Below, one piece after another: positions 30,783 to 40,773 of a DNA stretch of 64,000 bases; the stretch's first letter is position 1; each line of letters starts with the position of its first letter. Source of the DNA: a virus; the IMG/VR virus record IMGVR_UViG_3300006098_000001. One strand, written 5' to 3'. The position numbers and the translations under genes are program-made. The notes below the pieces were generated by a model, which worked only from the letters and a program-made list of their open reading frames with translations, had not been told where the DNA came from and ran no database searches.

Positions 30783-33700
30783 TTGATGGAGAAAACGATT
30801 AAGTATTTAGAAAACGGAGAATACCATTATGCTACAGTTCGCTCTGTTGGTGATTTGGCACAATTAAAGACTGATTCAAAGGAAACACTTGTCGAAGCCA
30901 TCAACGAGCTCTGGAATGGTGGAGGTAATGCTGATCCAAGTAAAGCACCAAAACCAGAAGGCTATGACCAATTAGTTCAAGATGTTGCTGATGCTGTAAA
31001 GAATCAACAAGAAATCAGTCAACAATGGATTGAGTGGCAAAACGAAGAAGCTCAATTAACGGAAGAACGAAAACAAGCTTATCTTCAAGCAATGAAAGAA
31101 ATGCAAGAAGCCATTGATAAGGCTAAAGCAGATGCAGCGGCTCTTGATGATAAGACAGCTAAATTGGACGAACAAATTACTAAGACCTTTAGTGATCTTG
31201 ATACATCAATCCAAAATATGCATGAACAGCTTCAAAAAGAAGCAGATCGCATGAATAAAGATTTACAAGACACTAAGGGAACCTTGTCAACCCTTCGTAC
31301 CGATTTGCAAAATACGCAAATGGATAATGGGAAAATTCATGACGAGCTAACTAATATTAATGGGAAATTTGAACACAAAGTTTGGCAAACAGATTTGGAT
31401 CCATTAAAGGAGCAGATCGACAGAGCAGAAACCAGTGTTCAACAGACCAAAGATGAGTTACTTGGAAAGGCGAGTCGTCAAGACCTAGATACAGTAAGTA
31501 ACACTGTTTCTAAGCTTGATACGCAACTGAAAGAAACCGCTAAAGGTGTAGAAATCAGCGTTAAGAAAGCTGAACTTGGTGGTGAAATCGCTGAGGCGCT
31601 GACTAATAAAACGAACATTTTACTAGGTACAAGAAGATTCACTACTAATAACTGGCAGCAACGAGAGCATGTTGAAATATGTAGCGATCCTTGGAAGGGA
31701 TTCTTAGTAGCTAAGCAAAATAGTCCAATTGAGGGTATCCAACAAGCTTATGAAGCAAAAGCTGGAACTACCTATACCTTTAGTCTTTTTGCAAAGATGG
31801 ATACTTTGGACGATAGTAGCAAACCGCAAATTATTCTTGCCAAGAATAACCTTGATACTAGTCTAGATACCAAAATTGATGTATGGCGTAAAGAAATTGA
31901 TGATATTACCTCTGATTTCAAGAGATATGATTTGACCTTTACCCCAAGTGAAGATTGCACAATTTATCCTCATGTTATATCAAATAGCAATAATCCTATA
32001 TTCGTTTGTGGCTATCAGCTAGAAATTGGAAAGATATCAACTCCATGGGAACCTAATCAAGAAGATGTTGGTGATTACGTAGAAAAGTCTGAGGCGCAAT
32101 TCAATGTCTATAATGATAAGATTCAAGCCCTAACTGAAAAACAACGCCAACAAGGTGATACCCAAGAAAAGTTACGAACAGAAGTCACTCAGACAGCCGA
32201 GGGAACTCGACAAGTATCTGAAAATCTTAAAAAGACTAATGATGATATCACTAAACTTCGTGGCGAATTTGAAGTAAAAGCGGATCACATGAAGTCTGAG
32301 TATGAGACTTATACGAATAAAGCTGTAGGTCAAATCAGTGATAGTACATTGAATCTTATTAGAAATAGTTCATTCCAAAATAAAGATAGCGATTTTGACC
32401 AATGGCAAAATATAAGTGCTAAAGCTAATGTTCGCTCAGATGAGAATGGGCTACGTTGGGTTGAACTAACTCAATCAGGATTAACAACTAATAATCCTGA
32501 AGGAATTACGAGTAACTACTTTAATATCAAACAAGGTAAGGTTACTGTTGCCGTCGATATTAAGAGTGGTGACAAAGCGAGTTTAGATAATGATTCGGTT
32601 CTTTCGCTAGAACTTTACAACGATGTAAAAAAACGTGTGGACTTCTACGATGTTTCTTTATCACAATTGGGGTTAAGCAAAGAATTGCTTGGCGACCACA
32701 AGGTTCATAGAGGATTATACCGATTAGGTATTGATCGCAATGATGCTAAATATATGACAGTCAAAGCTAAATTAGTAAAAAATGGTGATTTATACTTTAC
32801 TAATTTCTCTGCAAGATTGTCTTCGATTGACGATGGAGCTTATGAGCCCAATCCAGATGACTTAAATCAACAAATTCTTAAACAGAATACAAAGATTGAA
32901 CAGAATGCTAAAGAAGTAGCCATTAAGGCTAATTCAGTTGATGTAACAAGGGATATTAAAAGTGCTGTTGAAAATAATAATGGTGGGGGAGTTAATCTTT
33001 TAAAAGGGACGAAAGATTTTCGACCAGACAGTATATGGTTTCCATTAGGTGCATGGGTTAGAACTAATGATACCTACAATGACCTAACGATATTTAAAGG
33101 AAAATCAACAGAAGATTGGAATGGTCTAACCCAATATTATTCGGTAAAAGCTGGCGAAACTTATACGTTTAGCTTAAATGCTCGATATGAATCCGGCTCT
33201 GGTTCATCTGCGCTATACATTATGTTACACGAAGATCCCGAAAATGGGCATAAGGCAGCAAAGGTATCTCCATGGTCACGTGATATTACTCTGAATGAAA
33301 ACTGGCAAAGATATAGTATCACATTTACTGTGAATTCTGATGGTTATATCAAACCAAGAATTGAACGAGGATCCCATAATAAGAATGTACTAGAAATTTG
33401 TGGGCTTAAGCTAGAGCGAGGGACAGTTGCTACTCCATGGACCCCGGCATCCGAGGACACTTCCACTGAAATCAAATCGGCAAAAGATGCCGCAATTCAA
33501 GTAGCTAGTGACCAAATTAATCTTCATGTTAACGAAATATCCACTCAATTTGATGATAAGTTAAATAGACGAATCAATGAACAAAAAACGGCCAGTGAAA
33601 AGTTCACGTCCGATGGTATTGAGCAGGTCGTAACTAAGGTTACTAATGTAAAGAATGATGTTGATAGATTGGGAGATAATCTACGTAATACGGGTTCACG

Positions 33701-36700
33701 GAATCTTCTTCATAATACAAGTGATCAGTGGAGAACTTTAACTAATAACAATGACTGGCTACAACAGACAACAGCATCTTCTTGTTGGACTTCTACTTCT
33801 GATTACCATGGCGGGAATAAATTTACTTATGCTGCGAAGATTACTAATAATAGCCATCAACAAGCTGAATTAGAAATTTGGTTATGTGATCAGAATAAGA
33901 ATTTCATTAATGGGCAAGCATTCCATGCTCCTATTCCTAAAGGTGCGAATGCTTATGATGTGAATGTTACATTTCCGATTACGACAGGAACTTGGTATAT
34001 AAGAAGTTGGATTATCTTTACGGGCGGACACGCCCCTAAAGGAGATATTGTTCAGGTTAAAGATGAACGTTTGGTTGAGGGGGTCGCTCCCGGGAGTTGG
34101 TCACCTAATCCTGAAGATATTAACCAACAGATTACTAATACTAATAAAAAGATTGATACCCAAACACTTGACTCAGCCAATATAGATAATATGCGTACCC
34201 AGGGTCATTACTTTGTAAGAAATCTTTCTGGAAATCCTATCGGCGGATGGGTCTATGTTGATGTGACTGGTAACAATAATAATCGTGTGCGGCAAGATGT
34301 TTATGCTGACCAAAATAATCAACATAAATATAGATCATGGAATGGATCAAGATGGTCCGATTGGGAACAAGGCGCTTATTTAAGTGATGTTAAAACTGAA
34401 GTTACTGCTTCGGTTAAGAATCTTGGAGATAGAGTTACAACTGAAGTCAATTCAGTTACAAGTAAGATTAATAATGTTGACGGTAAAGTCAACAATCTGA
34501 AAATAGGTGGCCGGAACTTACTAAAAGGCACTCGTGACTTCAATAGTAAGTATTGGTATCAAAGTGGAGATCATACTGCGTTAGCTGATAACTCTACAGA
34601 TCCGTCCACCAAAGAGCTCCATAGTTGGCTAGATTGGCACAGTTATAAAAATAATCAAACTATTCAGTTAGATCCATCGAAGAATTATATGATTAGTGCT
34701 GATATTGCGATTTATGGTGGTGACGGTAATGGATTATATGTTACTCCATATGGAACGGTAGACGGACAGGGGAGCAATTTAGTTGGCACAGATGTTAACT
34801 TAGCTGGATTCCCTAGACAGGTTAAAGGCGAAGGATTTCGACGAATTTATCTTCCTGTGACGGCACATGGACGAACCTTAAAAGATTTTCGTATCGAAGG
34901 GCATGGTAATTGGAACGCAGGTAGTGGCTCAGTATTTATTTCTAAAATTGCGCTTTACGAGGGTAATACTCCAATGGCATGGTCGGATTCTTCAGATGAT
35001 TTTGTTGAAGCCATTAAGGAGGTTAATACCAAATGGGACGTTGCTAACGGTCAAATTCAAGGTAAGGTAACGGCCACGGATGTAAATAATATTCTAAACG
35101 GCAAGGGATATGCTACACAGTCATGGGCACAAACGATGTTCCAAATGAAAAGCGATTCCATTACTTTGCAGGCTGTTAGAGATAATATTACGAATGGAAT
35201 TCAGAACCAGGTAAATAGTATTAATAACCGTGTAACGAATGCTCAAATTGGGGAACGTAATTTAGCGGTTGGAACTAATCGAGGAAAAGCTGGATGGTGG
35301 GTCGATCCAGGAAATGGAACAGCAAGTACAGATATAGCACTTCTAAATGGTGTCAAAGGTCTTCATATAAATAATACAAAGAAAAGTACATCTTGGTGGG
35401 TTGTTTGTTACCCCTTTGATATGGGGAAATTAAAACCGAATACTTATTACACAATAAGCTTTGACATACAAACGAGTGAAAACACCAATGGTGGAGCAAT
35501 AATTGACCTTGCAAGAGGTAATTCATCTGGTAGTCCTTTTATTGAAGGACGAGGCGGGAACATTACGACCCGTGGTGGAGAAATTACTCATATAACTCGC
35601 ACTTTAAAGACAGGCGCAAGTATAGAAAATAATGGGCAAGCTCTATATATAAATAGTATAGCTTTTGGTAGCTCTAATGTAGTTAACATTGCTAATTTAA
35701 TGATTGTTGAAGGTACACAAAGTTCTGTTTGGAAACCAGCTCCAGAAGACCAAGGTAGTGGACAAAATCTTTTAAGAGGTACAGCTGATTTCAGTTGGCC
35801 TACTGGAATAGGAATGAATAATTCATTCGAATTTAATTATGAGCGTTTTGATGATTCTACTATTGCCATGCATCTTTGGAATATAAAAAGTAATGGTACG
35901 GGTATTTACACCAAATGGGGTGGAGCCTTCCCAGATGGACAGATACAAGTCGGTGAACAATATACATTCTCATTTGATGTAAAAGGTTCAGGAAAGTTTC
36001 TAACTGTAAAAAATGAAAGCGAACCTGGAAAAGGCATGCTTACGCTAGATGGAGTAAATGTCCCTAGCGAATGGGCTAGAGTGTCAGTTGCAGGAACAAT
36101 TCAGGCACTCGATAAAGCATTTATTATTTATTTCGCACAAGGCGCTAATGTTTGGATAAAGAATGTAAAGATTGAACGAGGGGCGATTGCTACTCCTTGG
36201 ACACCACACCCGTTTGATGATAAAGACAAAGGTGTAAATCTTCTTAAGTCTACTGCCTATTGGAATCCAGCTGACTGGAACCATATTAGTAATAATGTCT
36301 GGTATGACGATGGTTGGGTAGATAGTAGTGGACATAAAGCGTATGGACATCATACAGCATGGCAGGGATTAGGGCAGACCGTATATGTAACTCAGGGTGT
36401 TTATACATGGAGTGCCAAGATATATCTGAACGGTTTAGATAGCAATGATTTTGTGTATCCTTATATGGGTGATGGTCAATATAATGGTACAGCACAAGTT
36501 CAAGATATACGAAAGCCTATGCTGGGAGTTAATGACCAAAATCGATGGATTGATTATAGTACAACCTTTTATGTTAAAAATGCGGGCAATCTATGTGTAA
36601 GACCAGAATTAAATCGAGATCATGGGAACATTCATGTTGGCTCTCAGAAATTAGAACATGGAATGGTTGCGACTCCGTGGAGCCCTTCCCCATTAGATGA

Positions 36701-37946
36701 TAAGAATGCGACAATAACTCTTGATTCCGCAGATATTAATAGCATGAAGACACAGGGGCATTACTTTGTTAGAAACTTAGCAAATAGTCCAATAGCTGGT
36801 TGGGTTTATGTTGATGTCACTGGTAACAATAATAATCGCTTGAAACAAGAGGTTTATCAAGACAATGGCTATGAACATAGATCCAGACGATGGACTGGTA
36901 GGGGTTGGACTGAGTGGACAACAGATGTAAACAATAAAAATGTTGTTTCGCAAATTAATATCACCCCAGATCAGATTAAGATTGCTTCAAATAAGATTGT
37001 TATTGATGGTAATACTGATATTCATGGTGATTTAAGAACTGATAGAGTACGCCTTGTTGGGAAAAATGGGGCTATTGATATGACTGGTGACACTGGTATA
37101 AAGCTAACCAACAACGATGGAAGTTCGATGTTATTAGGACGTGGAAATATTGATTTAATGTACAAAAATGATTTCCGAATGAATATTGATAGTTCTTTGA
37201 TGACAATCATGCAAAGGAATCAATTTACTGGTCAAAATAAACCGATGGCTATTTTAAATATTGGAGCATCTTGGAACCATAGCTATGAAAAGATACGCGG
37301 AGCGGATATTAGATATAATCCTGGAAATGTTAATGATGTTAATTTACATGGCGCAGATTATCTAGCTCTAAGTTATAATAGACCAAATTTCATACCAGGA
37401 GAGGCCAATATTCATCCTCAGCTTGTAATGGCATATCAAGACCTTAAGTTTGATGAAAATCACTATCTATGGCGTAAAGGAGTCAATGTAGCCGATGATT
37501 TAACTATTCAGGAATATCAAAGAATTAATGTTGGGTACAGAGATAAGGAAGATCAGAGTGGAAAATGGACCAACGATCCATTGATGATTCATCGAATGCA
37601 ATGGGGAGTTTCTTCTCAAGCTGATCGCTATCAACCAACAGTAAGACTTGGCTATAGCAAAGACAGTATGGGGAGTGCAGGAGTAACCTTTCTATGGAAT
37701 CAAGTAAAGCCCTTTGGGAATATGGATATAAGTGATTTAGGAGAAATTTTGTTTAATGGACAAAGATTTGTCTTTGGTTGGGCTAGTCATGAAAGAATGT
37801 TTAATAACCAGAATCAACCAGCGTTTATGAGACTCGATGATAAAGGCGGAATTATGTCTGGAATAGCATTTACTCCCGGATCAACATGGGATTTAGGATC
37901 AGGAGCATGGAATATTACAGCATCGGTAATGAATCATGGGGGTTAA
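30783..37946 (+). CDS. 2387-aa fibre-like protein with about eight jelly-roll/CBM-like modules separated by coiled coils
   Basis: Single open frame. Recurrent module-end signature G-x-x-A-T-P-W-x-P-x-P-x-D (EIGKISTPWEPNQED, ERGTVATPWTPASED, VEGVAPGSWSPNPED, ERGAIATPWTPHPFD, EHGMVATPWSPSPLD and others). N-terminal 270-aa coiled coil. Confidence 0.65.
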   Translation: MMEKTIKYLENGEYHYATVRSVGDLAQLKTDSKETLVEAINELWNGGGNADPSKAPKPEGYDQLVQDVADAVKNQQEISQQWIEWQNEEAQLTEERKQAYLQAMKEMQEAIDKAKADAAALDDKTAKLDEQITKTFSDLDTSIQNMHEQLQKEADRMNKDLQDTKGTLSTLRTDLQNTQMDNGKIHDELTNINGKFEHKVWQTDLDPLKEQIDRAETSVQQTKDELLGKASRQDLDTVSNTVSKLDTQLKETAKGVEISVKKAELGGEIAEALTNKTNILLGTRRFTTNNWQQREHVEICSDPWKGFLVAKQNSPIEGIQQAYEAKAGTTYTFSLFAKMDTLDDSSKPQIILAKNNLDTSLDTKIDVWRKEIDDITSDFKRYDLTFTPSEDCTIYPHVISNSNNPIFVCGYQLEIGKISTPWEPNQEDVGDYVEKSEAQFNVYNDKIQALTEKQRQQGDTQEKLRTEVTQTAEGTRQVSENLKKTNDDITKLRGEFEVKADHMKSEYETYTNKAVGQISDSTLNLIRNSSFQNKDSDFDQWQNISAKANVRSDENGLRWVELTQSGLTTNNPEGITSNYFNIKQGKVTVAVDIKSGDKASLDNDSVLSLELYNDVKKRVDFYDVSLSQLGLSKELLGDHKVHRGLYRLGIDRNDAKYMTVKAKLVKNGDLYFTNFSARLSSIDDGAYEPNPDDLNQQILKQNTKIEQNAKEVAIKANSVDVTRDIKSAVENNNGGGVNLLKGTKDFRPDSIWFPLGAWVRTNDTYNDLTIFKGKSTEDWNGLTQYYSVKAGETYTFSLNARYESGSGSSALYIMLHEDPENGHKAAKVSPWSRDITLNENWQRYSITFTVNSDGYIKPRIERGSHNKNVLEICGLKLERGTVATPWTPASEDTSTEIKSAKDAAIQVASDQINLHVNEISTQFDDKLNRRINEQKTASEKFTSDGIEQVVTKVTNVKNDVDRLGDNLRNTGSRNLLHNTSDQWRTLTNNNDWLQQTTASSCWTSTSDYHGGNKFTYAAKITNNSHQQAELEIWLCDQNKNFINGQAFHAPIPKGANAYDVNVTFPITTGTWYIRSWIIFTGGHAPKGDIVQVKDERLVEGVAPGSWSPNPEDINQQITNTNKKIDTQTLDSANIDNMRTQGHYFVRNLSGNPIGGWVYVDVTGNNNNRVRQDVYADQNNQHKYRSWNGSRWSDWEQGAYLSDVKTEVTASVKNLGDRVTTEVNSVTSKINNVDGKVNNLKIGGRNLLKGTRDFNSKYWYQSGDHTALADNSTDPSTKELHSWLDWHSYKNNQTIQLDPSKNYMISADIAIYGGDGNGLYVTPYGTVDGQGSNLVGTDVNLAGFPRQVKGEGFRRIYLPVTAHGRTLKDFRIEGHGNWNAGSGSVFISKIALYEGNTPMAWSDSSDDFVEAIKEVNTKWDVANGQIQGKVTATDVNNILNGKGYATQSWAQTMFQMKSDSITLQAVRDNITNGIQNQVNSINNRVTNAQIGERNLAVGTNRGKAGWWVDPGNGTASTDIALLNGVKGLHINNTKKSTSWWVVCYPFDMGKLKPNTYYTISFDIQTSENTNGGAIIDLARGNSSGSPFIEGRGGNITTRGGEITHITRTLKTGASIENNGQALYINSIAFGSSNVVNIANLMIVEGTQSSVWKPAPEDQGSGQNLLRGTADFSWPTGIGMNNSFEFNYERFDDSTIAMHLWNIKSNGTGIYTKWGGAFPDGQIQVGEQYTFSFDVKGSGKFLTVKNESEPGKGMLTLDGVNVPSEWARVSVAGTIQALDKAFIIYFAQGANVWIKNVKIERGAIATPWTPHPFDDKDKGVNLLKSTAYWNPADWNHISNNVWYDDGWVDSSGHKAYGHHTAWQGLGQTVYVTQGVYTWSAKIYLNGLDSNDFVYPYMGDGQYNGTAQVQDIRKPMLGVNDQNRWIDYSTTFYVKNAGNLCVRPELNRDHGNIHVGSQKLEHGMVATPWSPSPLDDKNATITLDSADINSMKTQGHYFVRNLANSPIAGWVYVDVTGNNNNRLKQEVYQDNGYEHRSRRWTGRGWTEWTTDVNNKNVVSQINITPDQIKIASNKIVIDGNTDIHGDLRTDRVRLVGKNGAIDMTGDTGIKLTNNDGSSMLLGRGNIDLMYKNDFRMNIDSSLMTIMQRNQFTGQNKPMAILNIGASWNHSYEKIRGADIRYNPGNVNDVNLHGADYLALSYNRPNFIPGEANIHPQLVMAYQDLKFDENHYLWRKGVNVADDLTIQEYQRINVGYRDKEDQSGKWTNDPLMIHRMQWGVSSQADRYQPTVRLGYSKDSMGSAGVTFLWNQVKPFGNMDISDLGEILFNGQRFVFGWASHERMFNNQNQPAFMRLDDKGGIMSGIAFTPGSTWDLGSGAWNITASVMNHGG

Positions 37947-37952
37947 AAATAT

Positions 37953-38270
37953 ATGTATAAAGTAGTGCGGCTTGTTAAGACAATTAAAGATAATGACGGA
38001 AATAACATAGCTACAATTCAAGTAGATTTAAATGGAGACGGATCAACACCAGATCCTTTGACTGCAATATATGGTTCTGCTCAAATTATAGGATTTAATG
38101 ACGATGGATCTCCAATCTATGACATGGAAATTAAACAGCGGATTAAAGATGAGAAGCAAAAATTTATGGCAGAAGCTATAAAAGAACAAAAAAAGTTATG
38201 CATTGAGAATGGTGTGGACCCAGATTTAGTCAACATCTTAAATGCTGAAAAGAAGGTAAATAATGAATAA
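37953..38270 (+). CDS. hypothetical protein
   Basis: Track ORF. Confidence 0.5.
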   Translation: MYKVVRLVKTIKDNDGNNIATIQVDLNGDGSTPDPLTAIYGSAQIIGFNDDGSPIYDMEIKQRIKDEKQKFMAEAIKEQKKLCIENGVDPDLVNILNAEKKVNNE

Positions 38271-38475
38271 TCAACGACAAGCGCCCGGAAAAGGTGAAAA
38301 AGTAGCAAGTAAGTTAATTAATAAATTGGCGTTAACAGAACTGGAATTAGCTAATCGTGAAGTTGATATTGATGAACTTAACGAAAAAATTCAACAACTA
38401 ACTCAAGCTAATCAACAACTCTCTGCTGAAAATCAACAACTTAAAAGTAAACAAGAAACTAAAACAGAAGAATAA
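38263..38475 (+). CDS. small coiled-coil protein
   Basis: Track ORF overlapping the previous gene by 8 nt; QQLTQANQQLSAENQQLKSK. Confidence 0.5.
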   Translation: MNNQRQAPGKGEKVASKLINKLALTELELANREVDIDELNEKIQQLTQANQQLSAENQQLKSKQETKTEE

Positions 38476-38496
38476 GAAGAAAAGGGGAATATTAGC

Positions 38497-38775
38497 ATGG
38501 CTTTACGCAAAACTAAATCAACATCATTAACTGGTGAATCAGTAATCAATGGCACTACTGTTGTGCGCATGACTGCTAGTTTATCAACGAGCGGTGGTTC
38601 AGACTCGGTAAATCAGTATGTCCAAAATGTAGACTTATATAACGCAAACAAGCGAGACGTGCGTAAGGATATCTCTGCATTTCAAGAATATGTATATGAG
38701 CAACAAGATGCTATTGACGCAGAACTTGAAGCTGATAAGGAAGCTGCCGATTCTGAAAAGAAAGAAGCTAAATAA
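38497..38775 (+). CDS. hypothetical protein
   Basis: Track ORF with GGGGA RBS. Confidence 0.5.
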   Translation: MALRKTKSTSLTGESVINGTTVVRMTASLSTSGGSDSVNQYVQNVDLYNANKRDVRKDISAFQEYVYEQQDAIDAELEADKEAADSEKKEAK

Positions 38776-38874
38776 AACAAGGCTTTTACCAGCATATTTG
38801 GTTTTCGAGAACGCCTAATATACTGGATATTTCGTCGCCTAAGAAATTCACAGTTCCTTAATTGAGGGGCGGCC

Positions 38875-39159
38875 ATGATCGGTGGTGACAGCATGGACAA
38901 AGATAAAGAGCTTGAACTACTAATGGATATTCAAGAAAAAGTCGGTCGAATTGATGAGAGACTTAAAAAGGTTGAAGATACAGATCGCAAAGCGGAAGAG
39001 GCGATTCGTTTAAGTGAAAAGAATGAAGAAAAAATTGTTGAGCTTTCCGCAGCAGTTGAAGAACTTAAGGAAGGTCGAAAGTGGACCCAAAGAACTGCCA
39101 TTGGTGCCATTATCAGTGCCGCAATTGCAGTTTTATCTTGGATTCACCCGCCATTCTAA
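38875..39159 (+). CDS. XhlA-like lysis-associated membrane protein
   Basis: N-terminal coiled coil plus a single C-terminal TM (WTQRTAIGAIISAAIAVLSW), the architecture of PBSX XhlA. It lies directly upstream of a holin. Confidence 0.45.
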   Translation: MIGGDSMDKDKELELLMDIQEKVGRIDERLKKVEDTDRKAEEAIRLSEKNEEKIVELSAAVEELKEGRKWTQRTAIGAIISAAIAVLSWIHPPF

Positions 39160-39172
39160 AGGGGTAAATAAA

Positions 39173-39430
39173 ATGAAAAAAGTATTGAATTTAATTAAAA
39201 ATAAGGTAGTTAAGCCAGATGGAACGCTGAATGGGAAGATCATTAGTGGTTTGGTAGCACTAATCATTGTATTTGTACAACAAATCTTTGCCTGCTTTGG
39301 AGTTCAACCCAAAGGTGACGTGACTGCTTTTGTTGGACTTGCTAATACAGCCTTAACTATTCTTGGATTGGTTGGAGTATTAAGCGATCCAACGCCTGTG
39401 GAAGTTCCTGTTAAGACAGAAAATAAATAA
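39173..39430 (+). CDS. holin (phi LC3 / XhlB-like class)
   Basis: 85 aa with two hydrophobic helices (IISGLVALIIVFVQQIF, FVGLANTALTILGLVGVL) followed by SDPT. The ATG at 39173 after AGGGG is the likelier start; the track ORF starts further upstream at 39014. Confidence 0.55.
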   Translation: MKKVLNLIKNKVVKPDGTLNGKIISGLVALIIVFVQQIFACFGVQPKGDVTAFVGLANTALTILGLVGVLSDPTPVEVPVKTENK

Positions 39431-39485
39431 AAAATGTTACCGATAGATGCAATTTTGTGACAGCGATTGCAGAATTTGGTAGAAT
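39431..39485 (+). promoter_or_regulatory. promoter class copy 3: conserved upstream element + GTGACA-17-TGgTAGAAT
   Basis: AAAAATGTTACCGATAGATGCAATTTTGTGAC. Confidence 0.5.
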
Positions 39486-39524
39486 AATCGGTGTGGTACG
39501 AACGGGAAACGGAGAGTACACGAA

Positions 39525-40133
39525 TTGGTACAATTTAATAGTTTTTATAATGATCCAAATAATCGACAAATTCTTGAGGTTATTAATACACCTACGGGTG
39601 CTGTTACAATCTTTGAACCATCAAAAGATGATGTTAATAAGATAATGCAGCTTAAGGAAATGGTAGATGCATTTAATCAAGAAAATACTGATGAAAATCT
39701 ACTAGATATTAATGGAACTACAATTTTAAAGGAATTAATTCCTCTTCTTACAGATTTGGAAATTGATCCAGATATGACTGATGAAGAAATGGCTCAAATC
39801 ATTGAAAATCCTACAGTGGAATTAAGTTTAATTACGTCAGTCCTTTCAAGTGTAGTAACGAATATCTATACGTTAATGATTATGAACTTTAAGAATAATC
39901 TAGAATTACGTAATATGGTAGATCAAACTGAAGAGATTTCTGATAGTGCTTTAGCTATGTTTATTTCTAAACAGTCTAAGACTGACGAAGGACGTAAACA
40001 AATCGAAGAGATCAATAAGCAATCAGATAAGATCGTTAAGATGGAAACGGCTATTAAACAAGCTGAAGAAAAAGAAAAAACAAACGCAAAACCAGAGGAA
40101 GAGTCGCAAACTTCCGAAAAACAAGCTGGTTAA
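39525..40133 (+). CDS. tail assembly chaperone candidate
   Basis: Acidic 202-aa ORF upstream of the tape measure; TTG start after GGAGAG. Confidence 0.4.
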   Translation: MVQFNSFYNDPNNRQILEVINTPTGAVTIFEPSKDDVNKIMQLKEMVDAFNQENTDENLLDINGTTILKELIPLLTDLEIDPDMTDEEMAQIIENPTVELSLITSVLSSVVTNIYTLMIMNFKNNLELRNMVDQTEEISDSALAMFISKQSKTDEGRKQIEEINKQSDKIVKMETAIKQAEEKEKTNAKPEEESQTSEKQAG

Positions 40134-40173
40134 TAAAAATAAAATGGTACATAAAAATAGCGCAAGTAATGAA

Positions 40174-40199
40174 ATGGACAGGAGATAGTCCATCTTTTT
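40174..40199 (+). terminator. rho-independent terminator inside the tail gene block
   Basis: ATGGAC/GTCCAT stem followed by CTTTTT. Confidence 0.5.
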
Positions 40200-40236
40200 G
40201 CTTACGCTATTTTTGATTTTAAACAAGGAGGTTTTT

Positions 40237-40761
40237 ATGTCTAGTTTTGTTATTGAAGGTACTTTAACCGTAGACATAAGTGGCCTAGAAGGATTGGCAG
40301 GAGAAATTCGCTCTGTAAGTATTAAGGCGCTTCAGGGTGAAATAAGAAAAGTAGCAGATCAAATATTAAGAGAATTAGTTGAGAAGGATTGGCCGGCAGG
40401 TCGGGCTTCTCCAGGATACGTTTCAACTGGTGAGTTAGTAGATGCCATCAATGTAACGGGTGGTGGGACTAGTTTATCTATTGAAATGGATGGTTCTCGT
40501 ATGAGTATGAGTCCTCCAAGCACAGGAAATAGTGCAAACGGAGACTGGGGTGGAATTGAAAGCTGGGGAACCCATATGGGTGTACAGTCTCAGCCATTTA
40601 ATGACGAGATGCCAGCATATCTTAACTATGGTGGTGGCGGACTTGTTCCACATCAAGGTACTCACTATTTTGACAATGCATTTTCTAAATATGTAGAAAT
40701 AATTCCTAAACTCCTTGCTGATGCTCTTCGTGCTGCTGGGTTTGAAGTATCTAGCGCATAA
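40237..40761 (+). CDS. hypothetical tail-associated protein
   Basis: The ATG at 40237 after AGGAGG lies inside track ORF 40198..40761. Confidence 0.5.
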   Translation: MSSFVIEGTLTVDISGLEGLAGEIRSVSIKALQGEIRKVADQILRELVEKDWPAGRASPGYVSTGELVDAINVTGGGTSLSIEMDGSRMSMSPPSTGNSANGDWGGIESWGTHMGVQSQPFNDEMPAYLNYGGGGLVPHQGTHYFDNAFSKYVEIIPKLLADALRAAGFEVSSA

Positions 40762-40773
40762 GAGGGGATATAT

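Noticed and set aside
39457-39645. 62-aa ORF, and the N-terminal extensions of track ORFs 39014, 26523, 25985, 40198, 59040, 57278 and 51642
   Set aside because: Internal starts with good RBS spacing remove overlaps with upstream genes or regulatory repeats. The 39457 ORF overlaps the promoter element and the better-supported 39525..40133 frame.
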